A stretch of DNA of 64,000 nucleotides from Flavobacteriales bacterium UBA7612 (lineage in GTDB: Bacteria; Bacteroidota; Bacteroidia; Flavobacteriales; Weeksellaceae): positions 87,423 through 151,422 of the forward strand of contig DLJQ01000025.1 in the NCBI GenBank assembly GCA_002484335.1. Direction: 5' to 3'. How positions within the stretch are numbered: the first letter of the stretch is position 1; the number at the start of each line of letters is the position of its first letter. Shown here piece after piece: positions 47,740 through 57,922 of the stretch. The position numbers and the translations under genes were made by a program. Below the pieces are notes generated by a model. It was given only the letters and a program-made list of their open reading frames with translations, was not told the origin of the DNA and searched no databases.

Positions 47740-48807
47740 ATGGAAATTAATAACTGGATTAAAGAATACGAGAAACCAATGATAATTGCTGGTCCTTGTA
47801 GCGCTGAAAGCGAAAAACAAATGATGACAATCGCAGAAGACTTAGACAAAGACTATGTAAAAGTTTTTCGTGCTGGAATCTGGAAACCTCGTACAAAACC
47901 AAACTGTTTTGAAGGAGTAGGTGCAATTGGTCTTAACTGGTTAAAGAAAGTTAAAGACGAATTCGGGATGAAAATCGCAACGGAAATTGCGAATGCAAAT
48001 CATGCGAAATTAGCATTAGAATATGATGTTGATGTTTTATGGATTGGAGCTCGTTCTACAGTAAATCCTTTTACAGTTCAAGAAATAGCTGAAGCTTTAC
48101 GCGATACAGATAAAACAGTTTTAGTAAAAAATCCAGTAAATCCAGATTTAGATTTATGGATTGGAGCTTTAGAGCGTTTAGAAGGGCAAGGAATTAAAAA
48201 TTTAGGTGCTATTCACCGTGGTTTTTCAACATACAAGAAAACAAAATACCGTAATAATCCACAGTGGCAAATCGCTTTAGATTTCAAAAATAAATTACCT
48301 AATGTTCCAATCATTTGTGATCCATCTCACATTTGTGGAAACAGAACAGGATTATATGATGTTGCACAACAGGCATTCAACTTCGAATACAACGGGTTAA
48401 TGATTGAAACACATAACAATCCAGATGAAGCTTGGTCTGATGCTGCACAGCAAATTACACCAGCTCGTTTATTAGAGATTTTAAAAGATTTAGAGATTCG
48501 TCAATCAGATGATAAAGATGCAATCTACAAGTCTGCAATTGATAATTTACGTCATCAAATAGATGAGTTAGATACAACAATCTTAGATTCTATTGCACAA
48601 CGTATGAAAGTTTCTAATTCAATCGGAAATTTGAAAAAAGATCATAACGTAGCTGTTTTTCAACCAGATCGTTGGAAACAAATCAAAGATAACTCTGTAA
48701 AAGCAGGTGTTTCTTTAGGTTTGTCTGAAGATTTTGTAGATAGACTTTTACAAGCAATCCATCAAGAGTCTGTTGCACAACAGAATCAAATTATGGGGAA
48801 AAAATAA
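47740..48807 (+). CDS. Bifunctional DAHP synthase / chorismate mutase
   Basis: IAGPCSAE, KPRT, WIGARS, DPSH motifs; C-terminal LRHQIDELD...R chorismate mutase domain. Confidence 0.92.
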   Translation: MEINNWIKEYEKPMIIAGPCSAESEKQMMTIAEDLDKDYVKVFRAGIWKPRTKPNCFEGVGAIGLNWLKKVKDEFGMKIATEIANANHAKLALEYDVDVLWIGARSTVNPFTVQEIAEALRDTDKTVLVKNPVNPDLDLWIGALERLEGQGIKNLGAIHRGFSTYKKTKYRNNPQWQIALDFKNKLPNVPIICDPSHICGNRTGLYDVAQQAFNFEYNGLMIETHNNPDEAWSDAAQQITPARLLEILKDLEIRQSDDKDAIYKSAIDNLRHQIDELDTTILDSIAQRMKVSNSIGNLKKDHNVAVFQPDRWKQIKDNSVKAGVSLGLSEDFVDRLLQAIHQESVAQQNQIMGKK

Positions 48808-48813
48808 AATATA

Positions 48814-49731
48814 TTGAAAGGAATTGTAATAAAATCAACTGGTAGTTGGTATCATCTTCTTACGGAAGATGGTACAACTTTCCAGGCTAGAATTAGAGGA
48901 AAGTTTAGAATAGCAAATATCAAACATACCAATCCTATCGCTGTTGGAGATGAGGTTGATTTTGAAATTGACAAAGATGATATTGCTGTAATTACGAATA
49001 TTCATGAGCGTAAAAACTATATTATTCGTAAATCAGTTAATTTATCAAAAAAGACACATATTATTGCTTCAAATATAGATGTTGCTTTTTTGGTTGTAAC
49101 TCTTTCTAATCCTAAAACATCTTTTGGTTTTATAGACAGATTTTTAATTACTTCTGAAGCGTATCACATACCTGTTGTTATTTTATTCAATAAAATGGAT
49201 GCTTACACGGAGGAGCAATTAATAGATTTAGAACTATATAAATCTATTTATGATTCTATTGGTTACGAAAGTATTGATATTTCTGCTGAAACAGGTCTTA
49301 ACTTAGATTTAGTAAGAGATAGAATGAAAGGAAATGTAAGCTTAGTAGCTGGTCACTCTGGTGTTGGTAAATCAACTTTACTAAATACTTTAAATCCTAA
49401 TTTGAATTTAAAGACTCATGTGGTTTCTGATTTTAATAGTAAAGGACAGCATACAACAACATTTGCACAAATGTATGAATGGCCATTTGGTGGTTTTATT
49501 ATTGATACACCAGGAATCAAAGAATTTGGATTAGTCCATATAGATAAATCGGAATTACAAGGATATTTTCCTGAAATATTAGAACTTAAATCTGATTGTA
49601 AATTTGATAATTGTATTCATGTGAATGAGCCTAAATGCGCAGTTAGGGATGCTGTAGAGGAGGGAGAAATAGCAATTTCTAGGTACGAAAATTATCTTAC
49701 TTTTTTAGAAGAAGATATATATAAAGATTAA
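48814..49731 (+). CDS. rsgA: Ribosome small subunit-dependent GTPase A
   Basis: NKMD, GHSGVGKST, GQHTTT, DTPG and CKFDNCIH..EP.C zinc site. Confidence 0.95.
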   Translation: MKGIVIKSTGSWYHLLTEDGTTFQARIRGKFRIANIKHTNPIAVGDEVDFEIDKDDIAVITNIHERKNYIIRKSVNLSKKTHIIASNIDVAFLVVTLSNPKTSFGFIDRFLITSEAYHIPVVILFNKMDAYTEEQLIDLELYKSIYDSIGYESIDISAETGLNLDLVRDRMKGNVSLVAGHSGVGKSTLLNTLNPNLNLKTHVVSDFNSKGQHTTTFAQMYEWPFGGFIIDTPGIKEFGLVHIDKSELQGYFPEILELKSDCKFDNCIHVNEPKCAVRDAVEEGEIAISRYENYLTFLEEDIYKD

Positions 49732-49735
49732 AATA

Positions 49736-49770
49736 AAAAAAAATCAAGCTTTTAAAGCTTGATTTTTTTT
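49736..49770. terminator. Bidirectional intrinsic terminator
   Basis: 17-bp arms A8-TCAAGCTTT / AAAGCTTGA-T8 with a 1-nt spacer. Confidence 0.75.
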
Positions 49771-50149
49771 ATTTTATATTTTTCTGATTCTTTATTCTTT
49801 CTTTTTCTTCTTTAGAAAGCTTTTCTTCAAGATTTTTTTTGACTTGATCTAGCATATCTCTCAATAGTTCTGGTTGAAGACTATAATATTTATAACTTTC
49901 TGAAAATTGATGAAAATTAATATCATGTTTTTTCATAACATCTACAGCATCTTTTGCTAATAATGTACTTTGATCTTCATTACCTTCTGCAGGAAACATT
50001 TGTATACCTTGTTGACTAATATATAGATCAGTTATAATATTGATCATTTCTGATTTTTTTATTAAGTTATCTGGCTCATCAAAATTTTTGGGAGCACAAC
50101 TTAAAGTTGAAATCAAGCAAAAAAAGTAAACTATATTAAGATATCTCAT
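49769..50149 (-). CDS. DUF4296-like lipoprotein
   Basis: Lipobox TLSC, PDNLI...M..I..DL and F..S..YY pattern. Confidence 0.7.
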   Translation of the reverse strand: MRYLNIVYFFCLISTLSCAPKNFDEPDNLIKKSEMINIITDLYISQQGIQMFPAEGNEDQSTLLAKDAVDVMKKHDINFHQFSESYKYYSLQPELLRDMLDQVKKNLEEKLSKEEKERIKNQKNIK

Positions 50150-50868
50150 AATTTTCCAAAAATTTTTCTTAAACGTAAAGATATAACACCAAAAACAGCT
50201 TCTCCTATAATGTCCGAACTAATTTTTGATTCTCCTAAAGTTCTATCAGTAAAAATAATAGGAACTTCTTTTAAACTAAATTTTTTAATCCAAGATTTAT
50301 ATTTCATTTCTATTTGGAAGCCATAACCTTTGAATTTTATTTTATCCAAATCTAAAGTTTCTAAAACTTTAGCTCTATATCCTACAAAACCAGCTGTAGC
50401 ATCATCTACAGGTAAACGAGTAATTAATCGAACATATTTAGAAGCGAAATAAGATAATAAAACTCTATTCATAGGCCAATTAACTACATTAACTCCATTG
50501 CAATAGCGTGAGCCAATAACTAAATCAGAACCATCTATTAATGCATGATATAACCGAGGTAAATCATTAGGATTATGAGAGAAATCAGCATCCATCTCAA
50601 AAATATACTTGTAATTGTTTTTTATAGCCCATTTAAAACCATGAACATAAGCACGGCCTAAGCCATCTTTTATTGTTCTTATTTCTAAATGTAAACGACC
50701 ATTAAACTCAGTAATCAAGCGTTTTACAATGTCATTTGTACCATCAGGAGAACTATCATCAACAATAAGAACATCAAACGATTCTTCTACTGATAAAGCT
50801 GCTCTTATAATAGCTTCTATGTTTTCTTTTTCATTGTAGGTCGGGATAATCACTAATTTGTCCGACAT
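50146..50868 (-). CDS. Polyprenol monophosphomannose synthase (GT2, DPM1-like)
   Basis: IIPTYNE, VDDSSPDGT, GLGRAY, EMDADFSH and F.DRT.GESK motifs. Confidence 0.9.
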   Translation of the reverse strand: MSDKLVIIPTYNEKENIEAIIRAALSVEESFDVLIVDDSSPDGTNDIVKRLITEFNGRLHLEIRTIKDGLGRAYVHGFKWAIKNNYKYIFEMDADFSHNPNDLPRLYHALIDGSDLVIGSRYCNGVNVVNWPMNRVLLSYFASKYVRLITRLPVDDATAGFVGYRAKVLETLDLDKIKFKGYGFQIEMKYKSWIKKFSLKEVPIIFTDRTLGESKISSDIIGEAVFGVISLRLRKIFGKL

Positions 50869-50934
50869 AATTATAATTTTGTGGGGATAAAGATAGTTAT
50901 AAGATTGTAAGTCTTTTGTATTTTTGAAAAAATT

Positions 50935-51609
50935 ATGAAAACAACCGATTTAATTTCTATACAAAAAAATGCGATAGGTAATGATACTGTTATCATTATC
51001 ATTGTTGCTTGTCTTTTATTAGTTTGTGCAGTAAAATATTTATTTGCTACAAATTATAAATTATTAGGGAATAAGAATGAATATGTTAGTTTTACAGATG
51101 ACAATACAACATTATTTAGTTTTATTGTTGATGGAATTATGGTACTGTTAATGAGTTTATTATTAGTTTCCTATTTTGATATTGATTTTAATTATTTTCC
51201 TGGTTTTCAATTTCATTATTTGGCTAATTTAGGAATAACTTTTACACTAATAAGTGTAGTAATGTTATTAAGGCTTTTTATTGAAATAACTTTTTATCGT
51301 GTTTTTTATGAGTCTAGCTCAGTTACTTTTTACATGAAAAGCTCAAGTTTTGTAAATGCTAAAAATATCGTATTACTATTAATTGTATGTTTTTTATTTT
51401 TTTATACAACGATTAATAAAGATTATCTTATAATTGGAGGATTCTTATTGTTATTTTTGAATCGAGTAATTGAAATATATCATATTTATTCGAAGCAAAT
51501 AAGCAATAATAAGTCGATATGGTATTATAATATTTTGTATCTTTGCACCCTAGAAATTTTACCTTTTATGGTTTTAATGAAACTATTGACAATAGGTAAG
51601 GTAATCTAA
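50935..51609 (+). CDS. DUF4271-like membrane protein
   Basis: Multiple TM helices with C-terminal LYLCTLEILP; lies upstream of hemD. Confidence 0.7.
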   Translation: MKTTDLISIQKNAIGNDTVIIIIVACLLLVCAVKYLFATNYKLLGNKNEYVSFTDDNTTLFSFIVDGIMVLLMSLLLVSYFDIDFNYFPGFQFHYLANLGITFTLISVVMLLRLFIEITFYRVFYESSSVTFYMKSSSFVNAKNIVLLLIVCFLFFYTTINKDYLIIGGFLLLFLNRVIEIYHIYSKQISNNKSIWYYNILYLCTLEILPFMVLMKLLTIGKVI

Positions 51610-51616
51610 AATTACT

Positions 51617-52366
51617 ATGAAAGTTAAATCAATATTAGTATCACAACCTAAGCCACAGGCAGAAAACTCGCCGTACTACGAGATAGAGAAAGCTAACAAA
51701 ATCAAAATTGATTTCAGACCATTCATCCAAGTTGTTGGAGTAGATGCGAAAGACGTTAGACATCAAAAAATAGATTTCTCGAAAGCAACAGCTGTCATAT
51801 TTACTAGTAGAAATGCTATAGATCATTTCTTTAGATTAGCAGAAGAATTAAGGTTTACAGTTCCAGATTCAATGAAATACTTTTGTGAATCAGAAGCTAT
51901 TGCTTTTTATTTACAAAAATACATTGTGTATAGAAAACGTAAAGTGTATATTGGTGAAAAGATTTTTGCAGATATGCTTCCTCTTTTGAAAAAACATAAA
52001 GACGAAAAATTTTTATTACCAGCTTCAGATGTTTTAAAAGCTGATGTTCCTAAATTATTGGATGGATTAAAATTAGATTGGCAAAGAGCAACTTTATTTA
52101 GAACTGTTTCTAGTGATTTGTCTGATTTATCTGATGTAAAATATGATATTTTAGTATTTTTTACACCTTCAGGAATTAAATCATTATTTGAAAATTTCCC
52201 TGATTTTGTACAAGGAGAAACTAGAATTGCTGTTTTTGGACAATCAACAGTAAAACAAGCTAAAGAGATGGGATTACGTGTAGATATTGAAGTGCCAACT
52301 CCTAAAATACCGTCTATGACAATGGCACTAGATAAATACGTTAAAGAAGCAAATAAATCTAAATAA
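51617..52366 (+). CDS. hemD: Uroporphyrinogen-III synthase
   Basis: KSILVSQP, IFTSRNAID, FFTPSGI and PSMTMAL motifs (Bacteroidota type). Confidence 0.85.
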   Translation: MKVKSILVSQPKPQAENSPYYEIEKANKIKIDFRPFIQVVGVDAKDVRHQKIDFSKATAVIFTSRNAIDHFFRLAEELRFTVPDSMKYFCESEAIAFYLQKYIVYRKRKVYIGEKIFADMLPLLKKHKDEKFLLPASDVLKADVPKLLDGLKLDWQRATLFRTVSSDLSDLSDVKYDILVFFTPSGIKSLFENFPDFVQGETRIAVFGQSTVKQAKEMGLRVDIEVPTPKIPSMTMALDKYVKEANKSK

Positions 52367-52418
52367 ATTTTTACGCTTTTACCCTTCTCTCTAATTAAAA
52401 TTTATGTAAATTAAAGAG

Positions 52419-54119
52419 ATGGAAAAAAAATGGGAAATAAAAGAACAGCCGTCTACAGAGGTAGTTAGTAATCTTAAAAAAGAACTAAATATTTCTGAAG
52501 CACTTGCTATTTTATTAGCCCAACGAGGAATTAATGATTTTGATACTGCAAAATCTTACTTTAATCCTTCCTTAGAAAATTTACATGATCCATTTTTAAT
52601 GAAAGGTATGGCTGATGCTGTATCAAGACTTAAAAATGCTATAGATGATCAAGAAAATATATTAATATTTGGAGACTACGATGTAGATGGAACCACAGCT
52701 GTAACTCTTTTTTATGAGTTTCTGACTTCCATCTACTCGAAAGTCTTTTTTTATATTCCTGATAGAAATAATGAAGGATATGGTATTTCAAAAGAAAGTA
52801 TAGACTTTGCTATAGAAAATAATATATCTTTAGTTATTGTTTTAGATTGTGGAATAAAAGCTCATGAAGAAATAAATTATGCACAATCTAAAGGAATAGA
52901 TTATATTATTTGTGATCATCATTTACCTGACCGTTCTGTTCCTAAAGCTTATGCAGTTTTAGATCCTAAACAAAAAGGGTGTCGTTATCCTTACAAAGAT
53001 TTAAGTGGTTGTGGAGTTGGTTATAAATTAGCACAAGCTTTTACAGAAAAATTTAATTTACCAAAAGAAAATCTTATTCCATTATTGGATTTAGTTGCTG
53101 TTAGTATTGCAGCAGATATAGTTCCTATAACAGGAGAAAATAGGATTTTAGCTTACAAAGGTCTTGAACAGTTAAATACAGAACCTCGTTTAGCTTTTCA
53201 GCATTTGATACCTACTAATATTCGTAATAATGTAAATATATCGAATGTTGTATTTTCTATTGCTCCCAAAATTAATGCAGCAGGGAGAATAAAACATGGG
53301 TCTGAAGCTGTGCGATTTATGTTGAGTAAAAATGAAGAAGATTGTCGAAGGTATTTGAACGATATAAATTCATTAAACAACGAGCGTAAAGTATTAGATT
53401 TGGATATGACAAATGATGCATTAGCTCAATTATACAATATCAACCCTACTGAAAAATACGCTACAATAGTTTACGATCCTTCTTGGAACAAAGGAGTTAT
53501 AGGAATCGTTGCTTCTCGTCTTGTTGACTTATATTATAAACCAACCATTGTTTTTACAAAAAGTATTTCTGGAGAAATTGTAGGGTCTGCAAGATCAATA
53601 CAAGAGTTTGATATTCATTCTGCGATAGAAAAAAATGCTGATTTATTAACTGAGTTTGGAGGACATATGGCAGCAGCAGGCTTGGCTATGAAAGAAGAGA
53701 ATTTCGAGACGTTTAAAATTAGATTTGATGAAACTGTAAAAGAATTGTCAAATGGTAAACATTTTAAACCATCAATCTTAATTGATAAAGAAATTTCATT
53801 TAATGAAATGACACGTTCTTTCTTAGAATCTATAATGCGAATGTCTCCTTTTGGACCAGAAAACATGAACCCAGTTTTTGTTTCGAAAGATTTATTGGCT
53901 ACAGACTTTAGATTAGTGGGAAAAGAACATGCTCGATTATATGTACACCAACGTAATACAAGAATTACTTTTCCAGCAATTGGTTTCAAATTAGGTAAAT
54001 TTGGACCTAAATTGGAAAAAGGATTATCTTTTGATATGGTTTACACTATTGGTATGAACTATTGGCAAGGAAAAGGTACTTGGCAATTAAATGTAAAGGA
54101 TATTCGTTTTAATGAGTAG
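52419..54119 (+). CDS. recJ: Single-stranded DNA exonuclease RecJ
   Basis: GDYDVDG, DCG, DHH, AAD, GSARS and GGHMAAAG motifs. Confidence 0.96.
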   Translation: MEKKWEIKEQPSTEVVSNLKKELNISEALAILLAQRGINDFDTAKSYFNPSLENLHDPFLMKGMADAVSRLKNAIDDQENILIFGDYDVDGTTAVTLFYEFLTSIYSKVFFYIPDRNNEGYGISKESIDFAIENNISLVIVLDCGIKAHEEINYAQSKGIDYIICDHHLPDRSVPKAYAVLDPKQKGCRYPYKDLSGCGVGYKLAQAFTEKFNLPKENLIPLLDLVAVSIAADIVPITGENRILAYKGLEQLNTEPRLAFQHLIPTNIRNNVNISNVVFSIAPKINAAGRIKHGSEAVRFMLSKNEEDCRRYLNDINSLNNERKVLDLDMTNDALAQLYNINPTEKYATIVYDPSWNKGVIGIVASRLVDLYYKPTIVFTKSISGEIVGSARSIQEFDIHSAIEKNADLLTEFGGHMAAAGLAMKEENFETFKIRFDETVKELSNGKHFKPSILIDKEISFNEMTRSFLESIMRMSPFGPENMNPVFVSKDLLATDFRLVGKEHARLYVHQRNTRITFPAIGFKLGKFGPKLEKGLSFDMVYTIGMNYWQGKGTWQLNVKDIRFNE

Positions 54120-54786
54120 CTCCTTCAACAATTAAGACCATTTCTCCTTTTAAATTCCTTTTTTCTGATATTTCCATTAATTCAGTTAAAGTTCCTCGTA
54201 ATGTTTCTTCAAACTTTTTAGAAATTTCTCTTGATAAACTAGCTTTTCTTTCAGCTCCAAAATTTTCTGCTAAATCTTTAAGAGTTTTACCAATTTTATG
54301 TGGAGATTCGTAAAAGATCATTGTTTTTTTCTCTGTTAATAAAGATTCTAACTTTGTTTTACGACCTTTTTTTACAGGAAGAAAGCCAACAAAAGTAAAT
54401 TCGTTATTAGTTAGTCCAGAAACAACAAGTGCAGGTACAAAAGCTGTTGCTCCAGGTAAGCATTCTACAACAATATTATTCGCAACACATTCTTTAACTA
54501 ATAAATAGCCAGGGTCAGATATTCCTGGAGTTCCAGCATCTGTAATAATCGAAATAATTTGTCCATCTTTCAACTGACGAATAATATCTTCAGTAGCTTG
54601 ATGTTCATTATGCATATGATAGCTACGCATAGGAGTGGAAATTTCATAATGTTTTAATAAGATTCCACTGTTACGTGTATCTTCTGCTAAAATTACATCA
54701 GATTCTTTTAAAACTTCAACAGCTCTAAATGTCATGTCCTTTAAATTTCCAATAGGTGTAGGAACTAAAAATAATTTTCCACTCAT
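54109..54786 (-). CDS. rsmI: 16S rRNA (cytidine1402-2'-O)-methyltransferase
   Basis: PTPIGNL, AEDTR, DAGTPGISDPG, YESP and REISK.FEE motifs. Confidence 0.95.
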   Translation of the reverse strand: MSGKLFLVPTPIGNLKDMTFRAVEVLKESDVILAEDTRNSGILLKHYEISTPMRSYHMHNEHQATEDIIRQLKDGQIISIITDAGTPGISDPGYLLVKECVANNIVVECLPGATAFVPALVVSGLTNNEFTFVGFLPVKKGRKTKLESLLTEKKTMIFYESPHKIGKTLKDLAENFGAERKASLSREISKKFEETLRGTLTELMEISEKRNLKGEMVLIVEGATH

Positions 54787-54816
54787 GTGGCAAAGTTACA
54801 AAGTATTTTCAATAAA

Positions 54817-54846
54817 AAAGGCTTCGATTATTTGATCGAAACCTTT
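54817..54846 (-). terminator. Probable terminator of the thioredoxin gene
   Basis: AAAGGCTTCGATTA / TGATCGAAACCTTT imperfect stem preceded by an A-run. Confidence 0.55.
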
Positions 54847-54867
54847 ATTTACAAAGTATTTTTATAA

Positions 54868-55374
54868 TTATTTTTTTAGAACAAAAACTTCTTTTATTTT
54901 TTCTGAATTTACTTTTTCATTTTTAGAAGTTTTTTCCAATTTTGTAATTAAGCTTGCAACTTCATCAGCTGATGAAGGTCCTCCAAGATTTTCTCCGTTT
55001 ACACGAGAATCTTCAAGAACTTTTCCTTTAGCGTCTAAGATAACCCAAAAAGGTAATCCTTGATCTTTACCTCCTAATTTTTCATTTAAAATATCTCCAC
55101 CTGGAGTTTCTAAATTCTTTTTTTCACCTCTTTCTTGTACTGTTATAAATGCTTTAACATAGTTAGAATCAAAATATGTTTTAACAGCAGGATCATCCAT
55201 ATTTTTTTCCATTTTTTTACACCAACCGCACCAAGAAGCATGAAAAATTAAAAAAACATTTTTATTTTCAATTTTTGCTTGATTTTCAGCTTTTGTTAAA
55301 ATTTCTGTTGCTGTTTGTGCATTTACAATTCCTGAAACTGCGATTATAATTCCCAATAATAATTTCTTTAACAT
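54868..55374 (-). CDS. Exported thioredoxin-family protein
   Basis: Signal peptide, ASWCGWC active site and GLP cis-Pro loop. Confidence 0.88.
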   Translation of the reverse strand: MLKKLLLGIIIAVSGIVNAQTATEILTKAENQAKIENKNVFLIFHASWCGWCKKMEKNMDDPAVKTYFDSNYVKAFITVQERGEKKNLETPGGDILNEKLGGKDQGLPFWVILDAKGKVLEDSRVNGENLGGPSSADEVASLITKLEKTSKNEKVNSEKIKEVFVLKK

Positions 55375-55464
55375 GCTTTATTTTTTTACAGAAAATAAAG
55401 TTAGTAATTAAATGTAAACACAAGTAATTTTTATTTGATATGTATTGTATCTATAAAAGATTTA

Positions 55465-55499
55465 TATATTTGCGCCTTATTAATATTTAATCTAAATAA
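55465..55499 (+). promoter_or_regulatory. Promoter with a Fur-box-like site
   Basis: TATATTTG at 55465-72, then ATTAATATTTAATCTAAAT at 55479-97. Confidence 0.6.
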
Positions 55500-55536
55500 A
55501 TATTAAATTAATCATAGCACATTTTAAATTTAGACC

Positions 55537-57906
55537 ATGCATTTACGATTGTTTATTGTGATGATTTTTACATCAATTTACTCTTTTGCACAAACTAATT
55601 TCGGAAGTATTTCAGGAAGTATTAGTTCTGTAGAAAATGAACCTTTAGAACTTGTTTCTATTTCTATAGTGGAACTTAATAAAAACACATTGACTGATAT
55701 TAAGGGAAATTTTAGTTTTAGTAATATCGTACCAGGAAATTATATTGTTAGGATACAAATGGTAGGAGCCAAGGAAGAAGATATTCCAGTTTTAGTGAAA
55801 GAAAACCAAAATACTCCAATAAGTTATAAATTAACAAAAGAGAATATTCAACTTCTACAAGAAGTTAGAATTATTGGTAATAATACCAAGATAACTAGAA
55901 AAGAAAGTCCTTATGTTGCCAAATTACCTATAAAATATTTAGAGAATCCACAAGTTTATAATGTGGTTCCTAAAGAATTAATTAACCAACAAATGGCAGT
56001 TGATTTGGGAAGTGTATCAAAAAATGTTCCTGGAGCTGGTATACCAATGGTTGCAAATCAAGGTAGAGTAACTTTCCGATCTAGAGGATTTGAAGCTGAA
56101 CCTAATGCAAGAAATGGAGTGGCTGGAGCAGCTTTTTCATTTTTAGATAATACGAATCTAGAAAGAATAGAAGCAATAAAAGGACCATCTACAACCTTAT
56201 TTGGAACTCAGGTTGCAAGTAGTTATGGAGGATTTTATAATAGAGTAACTAAAAAACCTTACAATAGTGTTGGAGGAGAAGTAAGTTATACTGGAGGAAG
56301 TTGGGATTTTAATCGAGTAACATTTGATGCCAATACTCCAATCAATAGTGATAAAACAGCATTACTTAGGTTAAATGGAGCAACGACTTTCGAAAAAAGT
56401 TTTCAAGACAATGGTTTCACAAATAGTTTAGCCCTTGCACCAAGTTTTTCATACCAAATTAATGATAAATTGTCTTTATTGATGGATATTGAATTTGGTA
56501 CTGCAAAAGGAACATCAGTTGTTCGTTTTAATCCATATACAAAAGGAAATAAAATACAATCTATTGCAAATATGCATTTTCCTTATAGAAAAACATTTTT
56601 GGGTGATGATATAACTTATAATACTCAAATGATGAATATTTTTGGACAATTAAATTATAAAATATCATCAAAATGGACTTCACAGACAATTTTTTCTCGT
56701 GCGAGATCTACAATTAATGGATATATAACAGCTTTAAATGGTAAATCAGATTCTACATTACAAGCAAGTGTAATTATTGGTAACACAAATTTTATTGCAA
56801 CTAATTTACAGCAAAATTTCATAGGAGATTTTTATATTGGTAAATTCAGAAATAGAATGGTTGTAGGTTTAGATTATTATAACAATTTTAATAGTTTTGA
56901 TAGAGTTACTGTTAATGCGCCATTGGTTAACTTCATTAATACACCAAGTAGTTATAGAGTTACAAGAAATATGTTAGATACATTAACAAATACAGGTACA
57001 CCAAGAAAGGAAAAAAGTAGTGATAATACTTATTCAGCCTATATTTCTGATGTTTTTGATATTACTGATAGGCTAAAAGTTATGGGAAGTTTAAGGGTTG
57101 ATAATTTTCATTATAACGGAGTCTATAATATTTTAACAGGAGAAACATCTGGAGGATTAAGTGTTAGTGGTTTACAAGCAGGACCATATTCGCAAACAGC
57201 ATTATCTCATAAATCAGGGTTAATTTATGAAGTATTAAAAGATAAATTAACTGTATTTGGAAATTACTTGAATGGATTTTTTAATATTAGTGGAGTCGAT
57301 AAAGATGGAAATAACTTTGTTCCACAAAAAGGGAATCAGTTAGAATTTGGAACTAAAGCAGATTTATTTAATCATAAACTTGTAGGAACAATTAGTTATT
57401 ATGATATAAATGTAGATCATGTTTTAAGAACAGATCCAGATGATGCTAATTATTCTATTCAAGACGGTACACAATATAGTAGAGGAGTAGAAGTCGATAT
57501 TACAGCTAATCCTGTTGCCGGATTAAACATTGTTTTTGGATATGCATATAATGATAGTAAGTTTACAAAATCTGATGCCTCAGTTTTAAATTTACGTCCT
57601 GCGGCTTCAGGGCCACAGAATATGTATAATTTTTGGGTAAGTTATACTTTTACAGAAGGTAAATTTAGTGGATTAGGTGCTGGTTTTGGAGGTAATATGG
57701 GAAGTTCATCTTATCAAACGAATACACAAACTTCAAAAGTTATTATTCCATCTTATCAAATGTTTGATGCGAGTATATTTTATGATCGTCCGAAATATAG
57801 ATTAGGATTAAAAGTGGATAATATTACAAGTGAAAAAGCTTGGTCTGTAAGACTTACTCCACAAGCTCCAGCTAGATTTTTAGCAAGTCTTTCATTAAAA
57901 TTTTAA
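55537..57906 (+). CDS. TonB-dependent siderophore-type receptor
   Basis: Signal peptide, N-terminal extension, ENPQVYNVV, SRGF, ERIEAIKGP, SRGVEVD, DNIT and terminal Phe. Confidence 0.9.
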   Translation: MHLRLFIVMIFTSIYSFAQTNFGSISGSISSVENEPLELVSISIVELNKNTLTDIKGNFSFSNIVPGNYIVRIQMVGAKEEDIPVLVKENQNTPISYKLTKENIQLLQEVRIIGNNTKITRKESPYVAKLPIKYLENPQVYNVVPKELINQQMAVDLGSVSKNVPGAGIPMVANQGRVTFRSRGFEAEPNARNGVAGAAFSFLDNTNLERIEAIKGPSTTLFGTQVASSYGGFYNRVTKKPYNSVGGEVSYTGGSWDFNRVTFDANTPINSDKTALLRLNGATTFEKSFQDNGFTNSLALAPSFSYQINDKLSLLMDIEFGTAKGTSVVRFNPYTKGNKIQSIANMHFPYRKTFLGDDITYNTQMMNIFGQLNYKISSKWTSQTIFSRARSTINGYITALNGKSDSTLQASVIIGNTNFIATNLQQNFIGDFYIGKFRNRMVVGLDYYNNFNSFDRVTVNAPLVNFINTPSSYRVTRNMLDTLTNTGTPRKEKSSDNTYSAYISDVFDITDRLKVMGSLRVDNFHYNGVYNILTGETSGGLSVSGLQAGPYSQTALSHKSGLIYEVLKDKLTVFGNYLNGFFNISGVDKDGNNFVPQKGNQLEFGTKADLFNHKLVGTISYYDINVDHVLRTDPDDANYSIQDGTQYSRGVEVDITANPVAGLNIVFGYAYNDSKFTKSDASVLNLRPAASGPQNMYNFWVSYTFTEGKFSGLGAGFGGNMGSSSYQTNTQTSKVIIPSYQMFDASIFYDRPKYRLGLKVDNITSEKAWSVRLTPQAPARFLASLSLKF

Positions 57907-57922
57907 ATAGAATCATCATACA

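Noticed and set aside
54109..54119. 11-bp convergent overlap of recJ and rsmI
   Set aside because: Ordinary short tail-to-tail overlap without special structure.
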